A stretch of DNA of 64,000 nt from Eledone cirrhosa. Lineage: Eukaryota. This document shows positions 27,685 through 40,900 of the stretch, piece by piece. The stretch is taken from the NCBI GenBank assembly GCA_964016885.1, contig OZ024741.1, positions 118,606,001-118,670,000 of the forward strand, read 5' to 3'. Under the pieces are notes generated by a model. It was given only the letters and a program-made list of their open reading frames with translations. It made no database searches and had not been told where the DNA came from. Position numbers and translations under genes: made by a program. Each line of letters starts with the position of its first letter. The stretch's first letter is position 1.

Positions 27685-30185
27685 CAGTGGGTCCTCGATA
27701 TACGGTAGTTCTTTATCCGGTAAATTCACAGATACGGTTTTGGGTAATTACTACCATCAATTCTATTTACAGTAAAAAAAATTCACAGATACGGTTTTTG
27801 GTCGTGTTTTGTTTATATTGTACCGTAGCGCCACCTGTAGTAAGCAATACATTCCCGCTTGAATTCGTAGAAACTGACTGCTATTCGAATTCTATGAAAA
27901 TTGTGTTACTGCTGCTATCGTACTAACTGACCTTACCGAGAAACTGGTCAATCACGAGCGAGTTCAGATATCGGTCGATGACGTCATAACTCTTCACTGT
28001 TCACTTCAGTTCGGCAAACTAGCGTGTCCTTTCAGTGAGAGAATTTTTGCCGAACTGAAGTGATCAGTTAAGAGTTATGACGTCATTCAAAGTAAGAGAA
28101 AACCCAACGGCGTGTTTTTGGAGTATAATTATCACGGCATATCTTATAACCCCATATTTCATGGTCCTAAAATGTCCTGCGAATATTGCTGATGCAGATG
28201 GAAAGGCCAAACGCACGAGGAAGAGCCTGACTTTGGAGATAAAGCTGGACATTTTGAAAAGGAAGGAACAGGGTCAAGGTACGTCCACCATAAGTCGTAA
28301 CTTAGGCCTAGCCCAGTTTACAGTCTGGACTGTTTTAAAAAAATAGTGAGACTGTCAAAAAAGCTGGGGAGAATGCTACGAGTCTACAGAGTAAATTGTT
28401 GACCAAACATCGTGAGCCGATTATGGATAGGATGGAAAGGTTGCTCAAAATTTGGATCGACGACCAAAAATCGTCAAAATATGCCTCTGTTTTTAAATGT
28501 AATCAGTAAGAAAGCATTGTCCATTATTGACAGGCTCAAGACTGAAATGGGGGTGGAGGACTTTGTATTCAAGGCAAGCAAAGCTGGTTTGATAAGTTCA
28601 AACGACGTTCGAGTCTTTACAACATAAAAGTTACAGATGAGGCCAGTTCCGACAAAGAGAGTGCTGAAAAATTCAAGGCAGAGTTAGAGAAATGCATTAC
28701 AGAGAAGGAGTACAGCAAAAAAACAGGTTATTAATTATGATGAAACAGGACTTTATTGGAAAAAGATGACCAGTAATACTTATATTGACAAGGGGGAGAA
28801 AAGTGCGAAGGGGTTCAAAGCCTCAAAGGACCGCGTTACTCTGTTACTTGGGGGGAAAGCAGAAGGAGATTTAAAGCTAAAGCCACTCATTATCTACCAT
28901 TCTGAAACTCCAAGAGCACTCAAGGGGTTACTTAAGCAATACCTACCAGTGATATGGAAGTCTAATAAGAAGGCATGGCTGATCATTTCAATTCACCAGG
29001 ATTTTTTCACCTCATATCTGTCACCAACCCTTAAGGAATATGCATTAGCTAACAACATTGCCAACCGTTTTCTGCTATTAGTGGACAACGCCCCCAGCCA
29101 CCCACGGGCAATGGAAGACTGGTCAGAAAATATTGAGGTTTTGTTTCTCCCCGCAAACACCACAGCTCTCATTCAGCCGATGGATCAAACAGTCACCAAA
29201 ACATTTAAGGCATACTACCAGCGGAGAACCATGCAGCAGCTGATAAAGGGCACAGATGGGCCTGACAAGCCCACGATCAGGGAATGGTGGAAATTGTACA
29301 ACATCAAGCACGGCTGAGATAACATCAAGGCATCTTGGGAAGAAGTGAAGCAGTCTACCATGAACTTGGCCTGGAAGAAATTATGGCCTGCATGTGTGAA
29401 TGACTTCCAAGGCTTTGCTGAGGACATTGGTGCGATAAAAAAAGATATTGTAAATCTCTGCCATAGAGCTGGCTTCGATGGTGTTAATGATGATGATGTG
29501 CAAGACCTTTTGGAAAGCCACGCTTAACCATTCTCCAATGATGAACTCATAGAACTAGACAAGGCGATACAGGAGACAGAAAAAGAAGACGAGGAGGAGG
29601 AAGAACCTGTGCGTGGCTTGGACATAAAAACTCTAAGAGAATGTCTCGGGAGTATCGAAACAATCTTAGAAACCTTGAAGGAGCGTAACCCCAACCCTAC
29701 TAGGAGCAGCAAAGTGGCTCAAAACGTCGAGAAAAGCGTTAAGATTTACCAAGAAATGTATGAGTCCAAAGGAAACACCGCCAAACAGTCCCCATCTACT
29801 CTTTCTTCAAGCCAGTCACACCTGCCAACCGTGCTACAGCTGGCCCTTCAACATCCACTGCAGTTAACGAGTTTGTTGGTTTTGAGCCTCCCACATCACC
29901 CTCATCCCCCCTGCCAACTCAGCCCAAGATGATTAAGGGCTGAAACCCATACTGTCCCCTAGCCTCGGGAGGGACAAATGAAGAGGCACATCATCTGATG
30001 GACTACGCGGCATGTGTAACGTACAGTAAATAAAAAAAAACATTTCTTTTCTGTAGGGATGACTTTTTCGATGTGCTGGAACGCATCCCTATCTATTTCA
30101 CGTTATAATGGGTTCTTTATACAGTAATTCGATATACGGTAAGGGTTTCAGGAACGCATATATACCGTATATCGAGGACTCACTG
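27685..30185 (+). mobile_element. Full-length Tigger/pogo DNA transposon
   Basis: 23-bp TIRs CAGTG(G/A)GTCCTCGATATACGGTA with one mismatch; TA TSD on both sides. Confidence 0.95.
28161..29850 (+). pseudogene. Tigger (CENP-B-like HTH plus DDE_1) transposase pseudogene
   Basis: KRTRKSLTLEIKLDI; NYDETGLYWK; GFKASKDRVTLLLG; LLLVDNAPSHP; PANTTALIQPMDQ; several stops and frameshifts. Confidence 0.9.
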
Positions 30186-30919
30186 TATGTCAATTTCGAA
30201 GATCTAATGAAATACGGTATGTTTACTCAGCTACAAAAAATATAGTTGTACTTTCAACTTATTTAACTTAAAGGGCTATCCGTCTCACTTTGTGTCACCC
30301 TGAATCTATCTGAGAACTATGTTAAAGGTGAATGTATGAGTCGAATACTCAGCCACTTGCAGGTTAAATTTCATGAGCAGGCTGTTTCGTTGTTCGAACA
30401 ACTGGAAGACTCGTCGACGGAACCGACGGAGATCCAATACATGTTTACACAAAATGGCCAAACATTAACTGAATAAGTACTCAATACATGTGAGTATAAT
30501 ATGTGTACATTTTCGCCACTGTATTACCGACCATAGCATTCCCTCCTGCGAGGTCAAGCAGTATTGATACCACCAGAAAATATTTGGGTTATAAGGACCA
30601 CTCTGTAGTGCAAGCGGGCCATATATAAATATTGTTTTAATTTTGACATCTAAAAATGTTATACCACAAAACCAAATCTATACAGTAATGTCATCTAATA
30701 TAATCATGACATCGTGACATTTTGATGCACTGCCAGCAGTATTATTGTACATTCAACAAGATTGCTAGATTTACAATTTTGATCTTTTATAAGCTGGCGA
30801 CAGACAGTCTTACAATAAACACCAAAATGAACAATTTATTTGCTTATGTTAGATATTCGAATATACGAATGAGGTTGTCAGTCAGCGGATAGTTTAAAAA
30901 TAAGTGTGTGAGTGGTGGT

Positions 30920-31130
30920 GTTAATGGTCTGGAAGAGGCCCCATAACAGGCCCCGTAAAAGATGGTTGGATATCATCAGGAAAGATCTCCGAAGGCTCGA
31001 CATCACCTTGGAGGATGCAGAGGAGCTGGCATAGGACTGCCAGCGATGAGACCTGGTCGGCTTTTGACGACCATGCTTTGGGATCGCTGGCTTAGGATGA
31101 CAACGGCCTCGTCGAGTAAGACCAAGTAGG
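30920..31130 (+). mobile_element. RTE LINE extreme 3' end
   Basis: WKRPHNRPRKRWLDIIRKDLRRLDITLEDAEELA. Confidence 0.7.
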
Positions 31131-32751
31131 AGAAGACATATATTTGGAAATGGAAGGGGTATTTAGAAACATAAATCGACAACATGTGAGCCTCGGACAC
31201 ATTCACATTTAAGGTATGAAATAATATACATGTAGGTCGTTAAGGTGTTATATGTTGACTTCGGACCCTTTGGTTTATTTATTGGGTCGTCAAGTATGAA
31301 ATTTGTAGAAATTTGTTTTGTTTTTTCTACAAATTCTACAAATTCTTGACGACCCAGTAAAATGTAATATGTGATATATGAAATACATAAGAGCTGTTGA
31401 AGTGTTTTCTGTGGGCTTCGGACTTTTTCAAATTTTTATATATACCAAGAAGGCAATTGATATGTTTTCTGTGGGCCTTTGACATATTTAAATTGTTATA
31501 CATCTTTCATATAATAACCATATTGGTTATACGTAAAACTAAAAAGAAAGAAACAAACAAACAACAAGCTAATGAAAAGTGAGTCACAAAAACAACAACT
31601 ACAAAAAAAAACGTCCATGAGCCTGTTTTAAGGCTGGTTCATGTGGTGAAAATGACTTCTTGTAAAATAAATTGAATTGATTGCATATCATTACATTTGT
31701 TGATCGATTCTCGTAAAATGATTTGCATTTGTTTATGTGTATACTACTATCACACAGACACCCACCTCCATACATACACATACTCACAGACACAGACACA
31801 CAGACACACACTAGGAGGATGTAAGTGAGAGTGAGTACACTTACATGGGTATTCATGTGAATGTTTTCGTATGTGTTTCAACAAGTAATTTTCAACACTG
31901 GAGATAGTATGTTTCAGTGTTAGTAGTTATGGTTCTTGGCTGCCAAGACTAAGGCTCTTTCAACGGACACAGTTTTTATCTTTTTTATTTATGTATAAGT
32001 GTGTGTATTTTTTCGTTAGAGATTTAAGTAACACAGTGTTGTTTAACATGTCTACTTGAGGTAGTAATAATATAAAACAATTTGTCTATTACAACAAACA
32101 TTACTGTTTTTTCCTGTGTATATTTATTGGATTTCATGCCCCGATTACAATTTCCTTTTCTCTGTGCCGTTCAGTCTGTATTTGATAGAATCATATGGTA
32201 AGGAAATGCCGTCTTCTAATGACAAGCTGTACAGCTATGGTTTTCAAAATAACATATAACTATGTCGGACACAGATGGAAATGGAAAGCAGAAGGTTATG
32301 GATAAATAATAAATAACAAGACAAATAAGAAGACAATAACAAAACGGTGAAGCTGTGGGAAAACGGGGAAACATATCTACCAAAGTGGCTGATTTGTTGT
32401 GTCTATTGCGTATGCAAAGGAAGTGAGGTTTGGAGTTTAACTAGAGTTGTGTACTAGCGTCGATGACAGGTAGGTGTTGATTTGACGGATGTCTCTCAAT
32501 TCTTATCGTGAATGACAGCAGGGTGGGGATGAAACAAAGCTGAATGTAAACAAGCATGACTAAAATATATATACATGTAGACTTGGCTGGTTTAAGGAGT
32601 TAGCTTCGCAATGATGTGGTTCTAGGTTTTTACCCACTGCGTGGAACCTTTGGCAAGTGTTTTTTACTATAGTTTTAGGTTAACCAATGCCATGTAATTG
32701 GGATTTGGTAGAAACCCATCGTATATATGTATATATATATATATATACATA

Positions 32752-32832
32752 CACAGGGTGTCTCCCAAAATGTATACACACTTCAGTATTTTAATAATCA
32801 AGGTGTGTATATATTTTTGGGGGACACCCTGG
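32752..32832. mobile_element. Tc1/mariner-type MITE
   Basis: TIR CAGGGTGTC.CCCAAAA.GTATACACAC; relatives at 15431-15510, 26996-27066, 27408-27480 and 49351-49548. Confidence 0.75.
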
Positions 32833-32866
<34 letters not shown>

Positions 32867-32869
32867 ATA

Positions 32870-33290
<421 letters not shown>

Positions 33291-33394
33291 ATAATAAATT
33301 TGAAGACTAAAATCCAAAGAAGGCTCGATAAGGATAAATATATATCAAATATATAAGAACCGTAGAGCAAATATTTATTAAAATAACAGATTAA

Positions 33395-33445
33395 AGTTTA
33401 AGCAAAGAATCGCTGCTTTCACCCTTAACGGGATCTTCTGAAACT
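33395..33445 (-). ncRNA. Second copy of the CAGAAGA hammerhead-like fold
   Basis: Reverse complement equals 19735-19785 with one loop III change. Confidence 0.55.
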
Positions 33446-33622
33446 AACAAAGTCAATCTGTAAACGCAGAAGTGGATATTTCAAAAAACGTTGCAGCCGG
33501 AAGAAGACAGGAAGACGATACTTTGGTTCGTGGAAACGTAGGTATGTTTTCCTGCTTGGTACGGGTATGTTCTTTGTAGAAATATTCAGATGTTGTTTCT
33601 GCATGATGAATATAAGTCAATA

Positions 33623-33666
<44 letters not shown>

Positions 33667-33987
33667 AATATATGGAGAATAGGATTGGCTGTGTAGTTGC
33701 TAGTTAAGGTAGCTTAAAATGGAGTTAGAATAAGAAGAAAGCAAGAACGGGGGGGGGGACTTTTCCTCATCAGTTGTCTAATGGGGTTCTCGGATATTTC
33801 CACGCTTTAAAGACAATATATCTACGGCATATATATATTGGAAAAGTAAATTACAACAACAAGGAGTACAGTTACGAAAGGTGTTAGGTATTAGGTTCAC
33901 GTTTGAGAGTGGGGGTGGGGCTGGGACATATATATATATATGACGGTTTTTGCAGTTTCCGTCTACCAAATTCTACTCACATATAGG

Positions 33988-34192
33988 ACAGTGACGAAGG
34001 CCTGTAGCCGGTTCCGAGGCCGCCTTGAGACCGTCATCAAAGCCAATGGCGGGTTTATCGAGTGAGATCGAAAGAACAAGTCATGAAGACAAACTGACCC
34101 AAGTTTGATAAATATATCTTAAAAAATAAAACTACTGTTTTATTTTTTCCTCGACAGTAATTTTGCGAACAAATATCGTCCGCACCCTGTAT
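33988..34192 (+). mobile_element. Tc1/mariner (maT-like) right end
   Basis: KACSRFRGRLETVIKANGGFIE* followed by a terminus ending GCACCCTG-TA. Confidence 0.75.
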
Positions 34193-35113
34193 ATATATGT
34201 GTGTGGGAGTGTGGGGGTGGGGGTGGGGTGTGTGTGGGGGGGGTGGGGGTGGAGGTCTATATCCCGTAACCTAGCTGTTCGACAAAAAGGATCTATAAAA
34301 TAAATAGCAGATTTGTAATATGTAACTACTGGGGTCGATATGGTAGACTAAAATCAAAGCAGTGCCTCATTATAACCACAGTTGGATGATTGAAACCAAT
34401 AAAAGACTAAGTAAATTCACAAATATATGAGTAAATTGCAATTTTTGACACAATTTTTACATTTATATTGTTTGTGCCAATCAAATTAATTTCGTGACCC
34501 ACAAGCGAACGAAGACACGCACATGCGCTTATTTATATAAACGTAAAAAAAAACAAAACAACAAAAACAACAACAACCCCAAAACCTGCCGGACACTCCT
34601 AGTATTTATCAATAACTTCACGCAATATATTTCCAAGTAAGATGAATTAAAAGCAGCAACAATAATGAACTTAATATTATTAAAAGAATTCAAGGAGTGA
34701 ACTTACTACACCCACAATCCATTTACTTGTCAGCTTTTCTCGTTCATTCATAATTTTTCTTTTTTATATTACTAATGACACCTTCCCAGTTCTTCAGTAG
34801 ACATAACTTATTATTAAGTTTAACGAGCAGGACTATAACTACTAACCACCTGTTAAACATGACCAAACTTCTTCCTATCATTAACTATTCGTTCTGCGCA
34901 GTGTCCTTGCTCCTTGCTAAACACACCCACATTCTCACCCTTATCACCTAACTGTAAGTTGTTGTTGATGTTGGTAATCAGTCAGACCAGTCTTAATCAA
35001 ATTATTTACATGAAATAATTTGATAACACCGGGTTAAATATAATTACCGGTGACGATTGTGCCGAAGGTTTTTAGAAATACATTCAGAGATTTAGTATAG
35101 TATGCAGTTTTAA

Positions 35114-35170
<57 letters not shown>

Positions 35171-36203
35171 TGTGCGTGTGTGTGTGTGTGTGTGTATAAT
35201 GGAAAGCCTACTCGTGTCCGAGTACGGCCACTTTTTGGAACGGAAAAGAAAAGAAATAGAAAAAGGACAAATAGTCAACTAAAAAAACATGTTATTGCTG
35301 TTGTCACTAGTACCGCTTTAGATAACTAATCAAACCAGGAAGTATGCAGTTAAGTTTCTCACCTGACTGAATGTAGTTGGCTTAGCACACTTGTGGCCCC
35401 ATGTTGCAGATGCCACATGAAAAATCCCATTTATATATATATATATATAATACAATAACAGAGTTAGTTTAAAGCTAATCTCTGACTGGTAACCATCTCA
35501 CTCAACAAACATTAGGTTATATTTTGATATAAACCCAATTTAAGTGTTTGGGGTGCTAACAATATGTATTATGTGGAAAAGCCAGTTGTATTATTTTATG
35601 AGATATAATTAAAGTTAAAATATATCTCTCTTTCCAAACAATTGTTTCATTATAAGTTTTCTACAAATTCGGAGAATATTTCCAGTTTATGTAGAAGCCT
35701 AATATACATTCATGTAAGAATATATTTAGGTGGGCGCTTATAAATCATCAGTGGAAGCCCATTAAACTTTGATATAAGAAAAACAAATTTTCTTACCGTA
35801 GTTAAAAATCGTGTCTGTTAAGTTGCTCCCACCAGCATCGAGTGACCGGCAAATTTGAAATTCCAGCAGTTTTTGACTGAGGAAGTATTATAGCGTCACT
35901 AAGCGGGAAGGGGAGACAATCACGATCCACGAAAGGAGGAAAAAAAAAATAATATACACGCGGGTTAAACAGTTTTTTCGAAAACATTATCAATCCAACG
36001 TGTTAAGAACTCAATTGAAATAAAAAAAATAAATATATGCGTGTATAAATTACACACGCATATAGATATTTTCTTAGGCTAAATCAGAGGTTGTACCTGA
36101 ATAAGAAACCGCATCTCGTAACCGTAGTAAATACGGAAAGTTATGCTTTAAAGGGTAAATAGGAATGTAAATCTCCGGCCGAATTAAGAGTAAAATATAA
36201 AAC

Positions 36204-36235
<32 letters not shown>

Positions 36236-36436
36236 TTTATTTCACGTTGCTCCCTCTACCTGGAGTTGCGACCGATAGATAGTATTAGCAACTGGAAAGA
36301 CCGACGAAAACATTGTTTCCTCGGTCCGATTTGACGAAAGTCGATCGATCCTTTTTTTTTATTTTTATATATATACATAAAGGCATTTTTCCAATACCAC
36401 ACCGCCCGACCCTTCAATCTATCTTATTTTTCATTC

Positions 36437-36475
36437 TTTCTTCTGATGAAGGACTAGCGTCCGAAACGTTATGAC
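36437..36475 (+). ncRNA. Minimal PLE-type hammerhead motif
   Basis: CTGATGA-A-GGAC-TAGC-GTCC-GAAAC-GTT; palindromic stem III AACGTT. Confidence 0.7.
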
Positions 36476-36569
36476 CCTCTTCCTGCTATTTCAAGCGTTA
36501 ACCTAATATATTCCTTCCATATACTGTACTGATTTCTGTTTACCTTTTACACACACACACACACACACG

Positions 36570-36712
36570 CACGATGTGGATCAATGAAGAATTAATAAAT
36601 TAAATAATCAGAGCAATATATCATATATTTTATCAAATGATACTATGGACATACTTTATGATATATTGCTCTGATTATTTAATTTATTAATTCTTCATTG
36701 AGCCACATCGTG
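36570..36712. repeat. Foldback with 56-bp arms, one mismatch
   Basis: 36570-36625 versus 36657-36712. Confidence 0.9.
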
Positions 36713-36822
36713 AATGGGTGCCACATATATATCTGTGACTTTGTTTAGTTTGTGTATATGTAAATCTTTATATTATATATAGATAGATATATATATAGAT
36801 AGATAGATATCGGAAGACAGAA

Positions 36823-36877
36823 ACGGCAGTGACTTCGAATTCGAAGTTTCTGTTTTGATGAATCTTCAGACTGCCAT
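36823..36877 (-). ncRNA. Type I hammerhead-like fold
   Basis: ATGGCAGT-CTGAAGA-TTCATCAAAACA-GAAA-CTTCGAATTCGAAG-TC-ACTGCCGT; stem II weak. Confidence 0.6.
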
Positions 36878-36934
36878 GTATTGAATCTTACTTCAGTCAA
36901 CATTTGAACACTGGTCCATAAAATAGACTTCAGT

Positions 36935-37082
<148 letters not shown>

Positions 37083-37944
37083 CACACAAATACACACAAG
37101 GTATGTTGTGTTCTGAGTGCAGAAGCAGAAAAGAACCCAAAGAACATGTAACAAAAATAAAATAGACAGAAAAAAGCAAAAGCAAGGCAGCTTTGTTATC
37201 AATAGCAGTGTTAAAATGGCGGTAATCGGGTAATTCTTTTCTCTCTTTTAGTTGGAAAGAAAGTCGGTAATTAAGAATACTAGAACGAGAGATGATGGTC
37301 AGTAACAATGACTGGAAGACTGACTAGCCAATCTTCGTATTTATGTCTAGATATAGCCGAGGGTAGTGGTGGTGGTAAGTATATATGACCAACCGGTGCA
37401 AAATATAATCATCCGGTGGTCTTTGTACTAGAAATAAAAGACACGTGTTCTGTTTATTTAGTTTGTCTCTTTCTGTCTTATTTTGTGTTTCTTTGTGTCT
37501 CTATCAGAGTCTGTCTGTTTGTCTCTCTTCCCTTTCCTCCTGTTTGACCCTCACTCCCTCCTGTCTGTTTGTCATTCTCTGTCTCTTTCACTCTCTCACT
37601 ATCTCCCCATTCTTTTTCTATCTCTCCTTTCTCCCCTCCCCTCTCCCCCCATTTCCCGATCTCTTCTTTCTCACCCCCCCCCCCCCCCCCCCCTCCCTCT
37701 TCTTCCCCCTCTCTCACCCTCTCTCACCCTCTCTCTCCTCCCTCTCTCCTCCTCTCTCCCCCTCTCCCTCCTCCCTCTCTCATCCTCTCTCCCTATTTAC
37801 CCTCACCCGCTCCCTACCTACTCCCTTCCACTCTCCTCCTTCTCATCTCCTTCCCTACCCCCTCTCTCACTCTCCTCATTTCCCCATTACCCCTTCTCTC
37901 CCCACTCTTCTCGCAGTCTCTCGCTCTCACCACACCAATCCCCT

Positions 37945-40900
37945 CTCTCACACCACTCCGCCTCTCTCTTCCCTCATCTCTCTCCCCTCTTTCACACCAC
38001 TCCACCTCTCTCTTCTCTCATCTCTCCCCCCTCTTTCACACCACTCCACCTCTCTCTTACCTCATCTCTCTCCCCTCTCTCACACCACTCCACCTCTCTC
38101 TTCCCTCACCCCCTCTCTCACACCACTCCAACTCTCTCTTCCCTCTGTCACACCACTCCACCTCTCTCTTCCCTCATCTCTCTCCCCTCTCTCACGCCAC
38201 TCCACCTCTCTCTTCCCTCACCTCTCTCCCCTCTTTCACACCACTCCACCTCTCTCTTCCCTCATCTCTCTCCCCTCTTTCACACCACTCCACCTCTCTC
38301 TTCCCTCATCTCTCTCCCCTCTTTCACACCACTCCACCTCTCTCTTCCCTCATCTCTCTCCCCTCTCTCACACCACTCCACCTCTCTCTTCCCTCATCTC
38401 TCTCCCCTCTCTCACACAACTCCACCTCTCTCTTCCCTCATCTCTCTCCCCTCTCTCACACCACTCCACCTCTCTCTTCCCTCATCTCTCTCCCCTCTCT
38501 CACACCACTCCACCTCTCTCTTCCCTCTCTCACACCACTCCACCTCTCTCTCCCCTCTCTCACGCCACTCCAACTCTCTCTTCCCTCATCTCTCTCCCCT
38601 CTCTCACACCACTCCACCTCTCTCTTCCCTCATCTCTTTCCCCTCTCTCACACCACTCCACCTCTCTCTTCCCTCATCTCTCTCCCCTCTCTCACACCAC
38701 TCCACCTCTCTCTTCCATCTCTCACACCACTCCACCTCTCTTTTCACTCTCTCACGCCACTCCACCTCTCTCTTCCCTCATCTCTCTCCCCTCTCTCACA
38801 CCACTCCACCTCTCTCTTCCCTCATCTCTTTCCCCTCTCTCACACCACTCCACCTCTCTCTTCCCTCATCTCTCTCCCCTCTCTCACACCACTCCACCTC
38901 TCTCTTCCATCTCTCACACCACTCCACCTCTCTTTTCACTCTCTCACGCCACTCCACCTCTCTCTTCCCTCATCTCTCTCCCCTCTCTCACACCACTCCA
39001 TTTCTCTCTTCCCTCTCTCACACCACACCATCTCTCTCTTCTCTCATCTCTCTCCCCTCTCTCACACCACTCCAACTCTCTCTTCCCTCATCTCTCTCCC
39101 CTCTCTCACGCCACTCCACCTCTCTCTTCCCTCTCTCACGCCACTCCACCTCTCTCTTCCCTCATCTCTCTCCCCTCTTTCACACCACTCCACCTCTCTC
39201 TTCCCTCATCTCTCTCCCCTCTCTCACGCCACTCCACCTCTCTCTTCCCTCTCTCACGTCACTCCACCTCTCTCTTCCCTCATCTCTCTCCCCTCTCTCA
39301 CACCAATCCACCTCTCTCTTCCCTCTCTCACACCACACCATCTCTCTCTTCTCTCATCTCTCTTCCCTCTCTCACACCACACCATCTCTCTCTTCTCTCA
39401 TCTCTCTCCCCTCTCTCACACCACTCCAACTCTCTCTTCCCTCATCTCTCTCCCCTCTCTCACGCCACTCCACCTCTCTCTTCCCTCTCTCACGCCACTC
39501 CACCTCTCTCTTCCCTCATCTCTCTCCCCTCTTTCACACCACTCCACCTCTCTCTTCCCTCATCTCTCTCCCCTCTCTCACGCCACTCCACCTCTCTCTT
39601 CCCTCTCTCATGTCACTCCACCTCTCTCTTCCCTCATCTCTCTCCCCTCTCTCACACCAATCCACCTCTCTCTTCCATCTCTCACACCACTCCACCTCTC
39701 TCTTCTCTCATCTCTCTCCCCTCTCTCACACCACTCCACCTCTCTCTTCCCTCATCTCTCTCCCCTATCTCACGCCACTCTACCTCTCTGTTCCCTCATC
39801 TATCCCCTCCCCCCCTCTCTCACATCACTCCACCTCTCTCTTCCCTCATCCCCCTCTCTCACACCACTCCACCTCTCTCTCCCCTCTCTCACATCACTCC
39901 ACCTCTCTCTTCCCTCATATCTCCCCCTCTCCCCCTCTCTCACATCACCCCACCTCTCTCTTCCCTCACCCCCTCTCTCACACCACGCCACCTCTCTCTC
40001 CCCTCTGTCACACCACTCCACCTCTTCTCCCCTCTCTCACACCACTCCACCTCTCTCTTCCCTCATCTCTATCCCCTCTCTCACACTACTCCACCTCTCT
40101 CTTCTTTCATCTCTCCCCTCTCTCACGCCACTCCACCTCTCTCTTCCCTCATCTCTCTCCCCTCTATCACACCACTCCACCTATCTCTCCCCTCTCTCAC
40201 GCCACTCCACCTCTCTCTTCCCCCATCACTCTCCCCTCTTTCACACCACTCCACCTCTCTCTTCCCTCATCTCTCTCCCCTCTTTCACACAACTCCAACT
40301 CTCTCTTCCCTCATCTCTCTCCACTCTTTCACACCACTCCACCTCTCTCTTCCATCTCTCACACCACTCCACCTCTCTCTTCCCTCATCTCTCTCCCCTC
40401 TCTCACGACACTCTACCTCTCTGTTCTCTCTTTCACACCAATCCACCCCTCTCTTCCCTCATCTCTCTCCCCTCTCTCACACCACTCCACCTCTCTCTTC
40501 CCTCATCTATCCCCCTCTCCCCCTCTCTCACATAACTCCACCTCTCTCTTCCCTCACCCCCTCGCTCACACCACGCCACCTCTCTCTCCCCTCTCTCACA
40601 CCACCCCACCTCTCTCTTCCCTCATCCCTCTCCCCTCTCTCACACCACTCCACCTCTCTCTTCCCTCATCTCTCCCCTCTCTCACGCCACTCCACCTCTC
40701 TCTTACCTCATCTCTCTCCCCTCTTTCACACCACTCCACCTCTCTCTTCCTTCATCTCTCTCCCCTCTCTCACACCACTCCACCTCTCTCTTCCCTCATC
40801 TCTCTCCCCTCTCTCACACCACTCCACCTCTCTCCCCCTCTCTCACACCACGCCACCTCTCTCTCCCCTCTATCACACCACTCCACCCCTCTCTTCCCTC

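Noticed and set aside
33755-33775. Isolated CTGANGA motifs here and at 2198, 45972, 48509 and 59210
   Set aside because: Each lacks GAAA or a closing stem I/II, and such heptamers are expected by chance.
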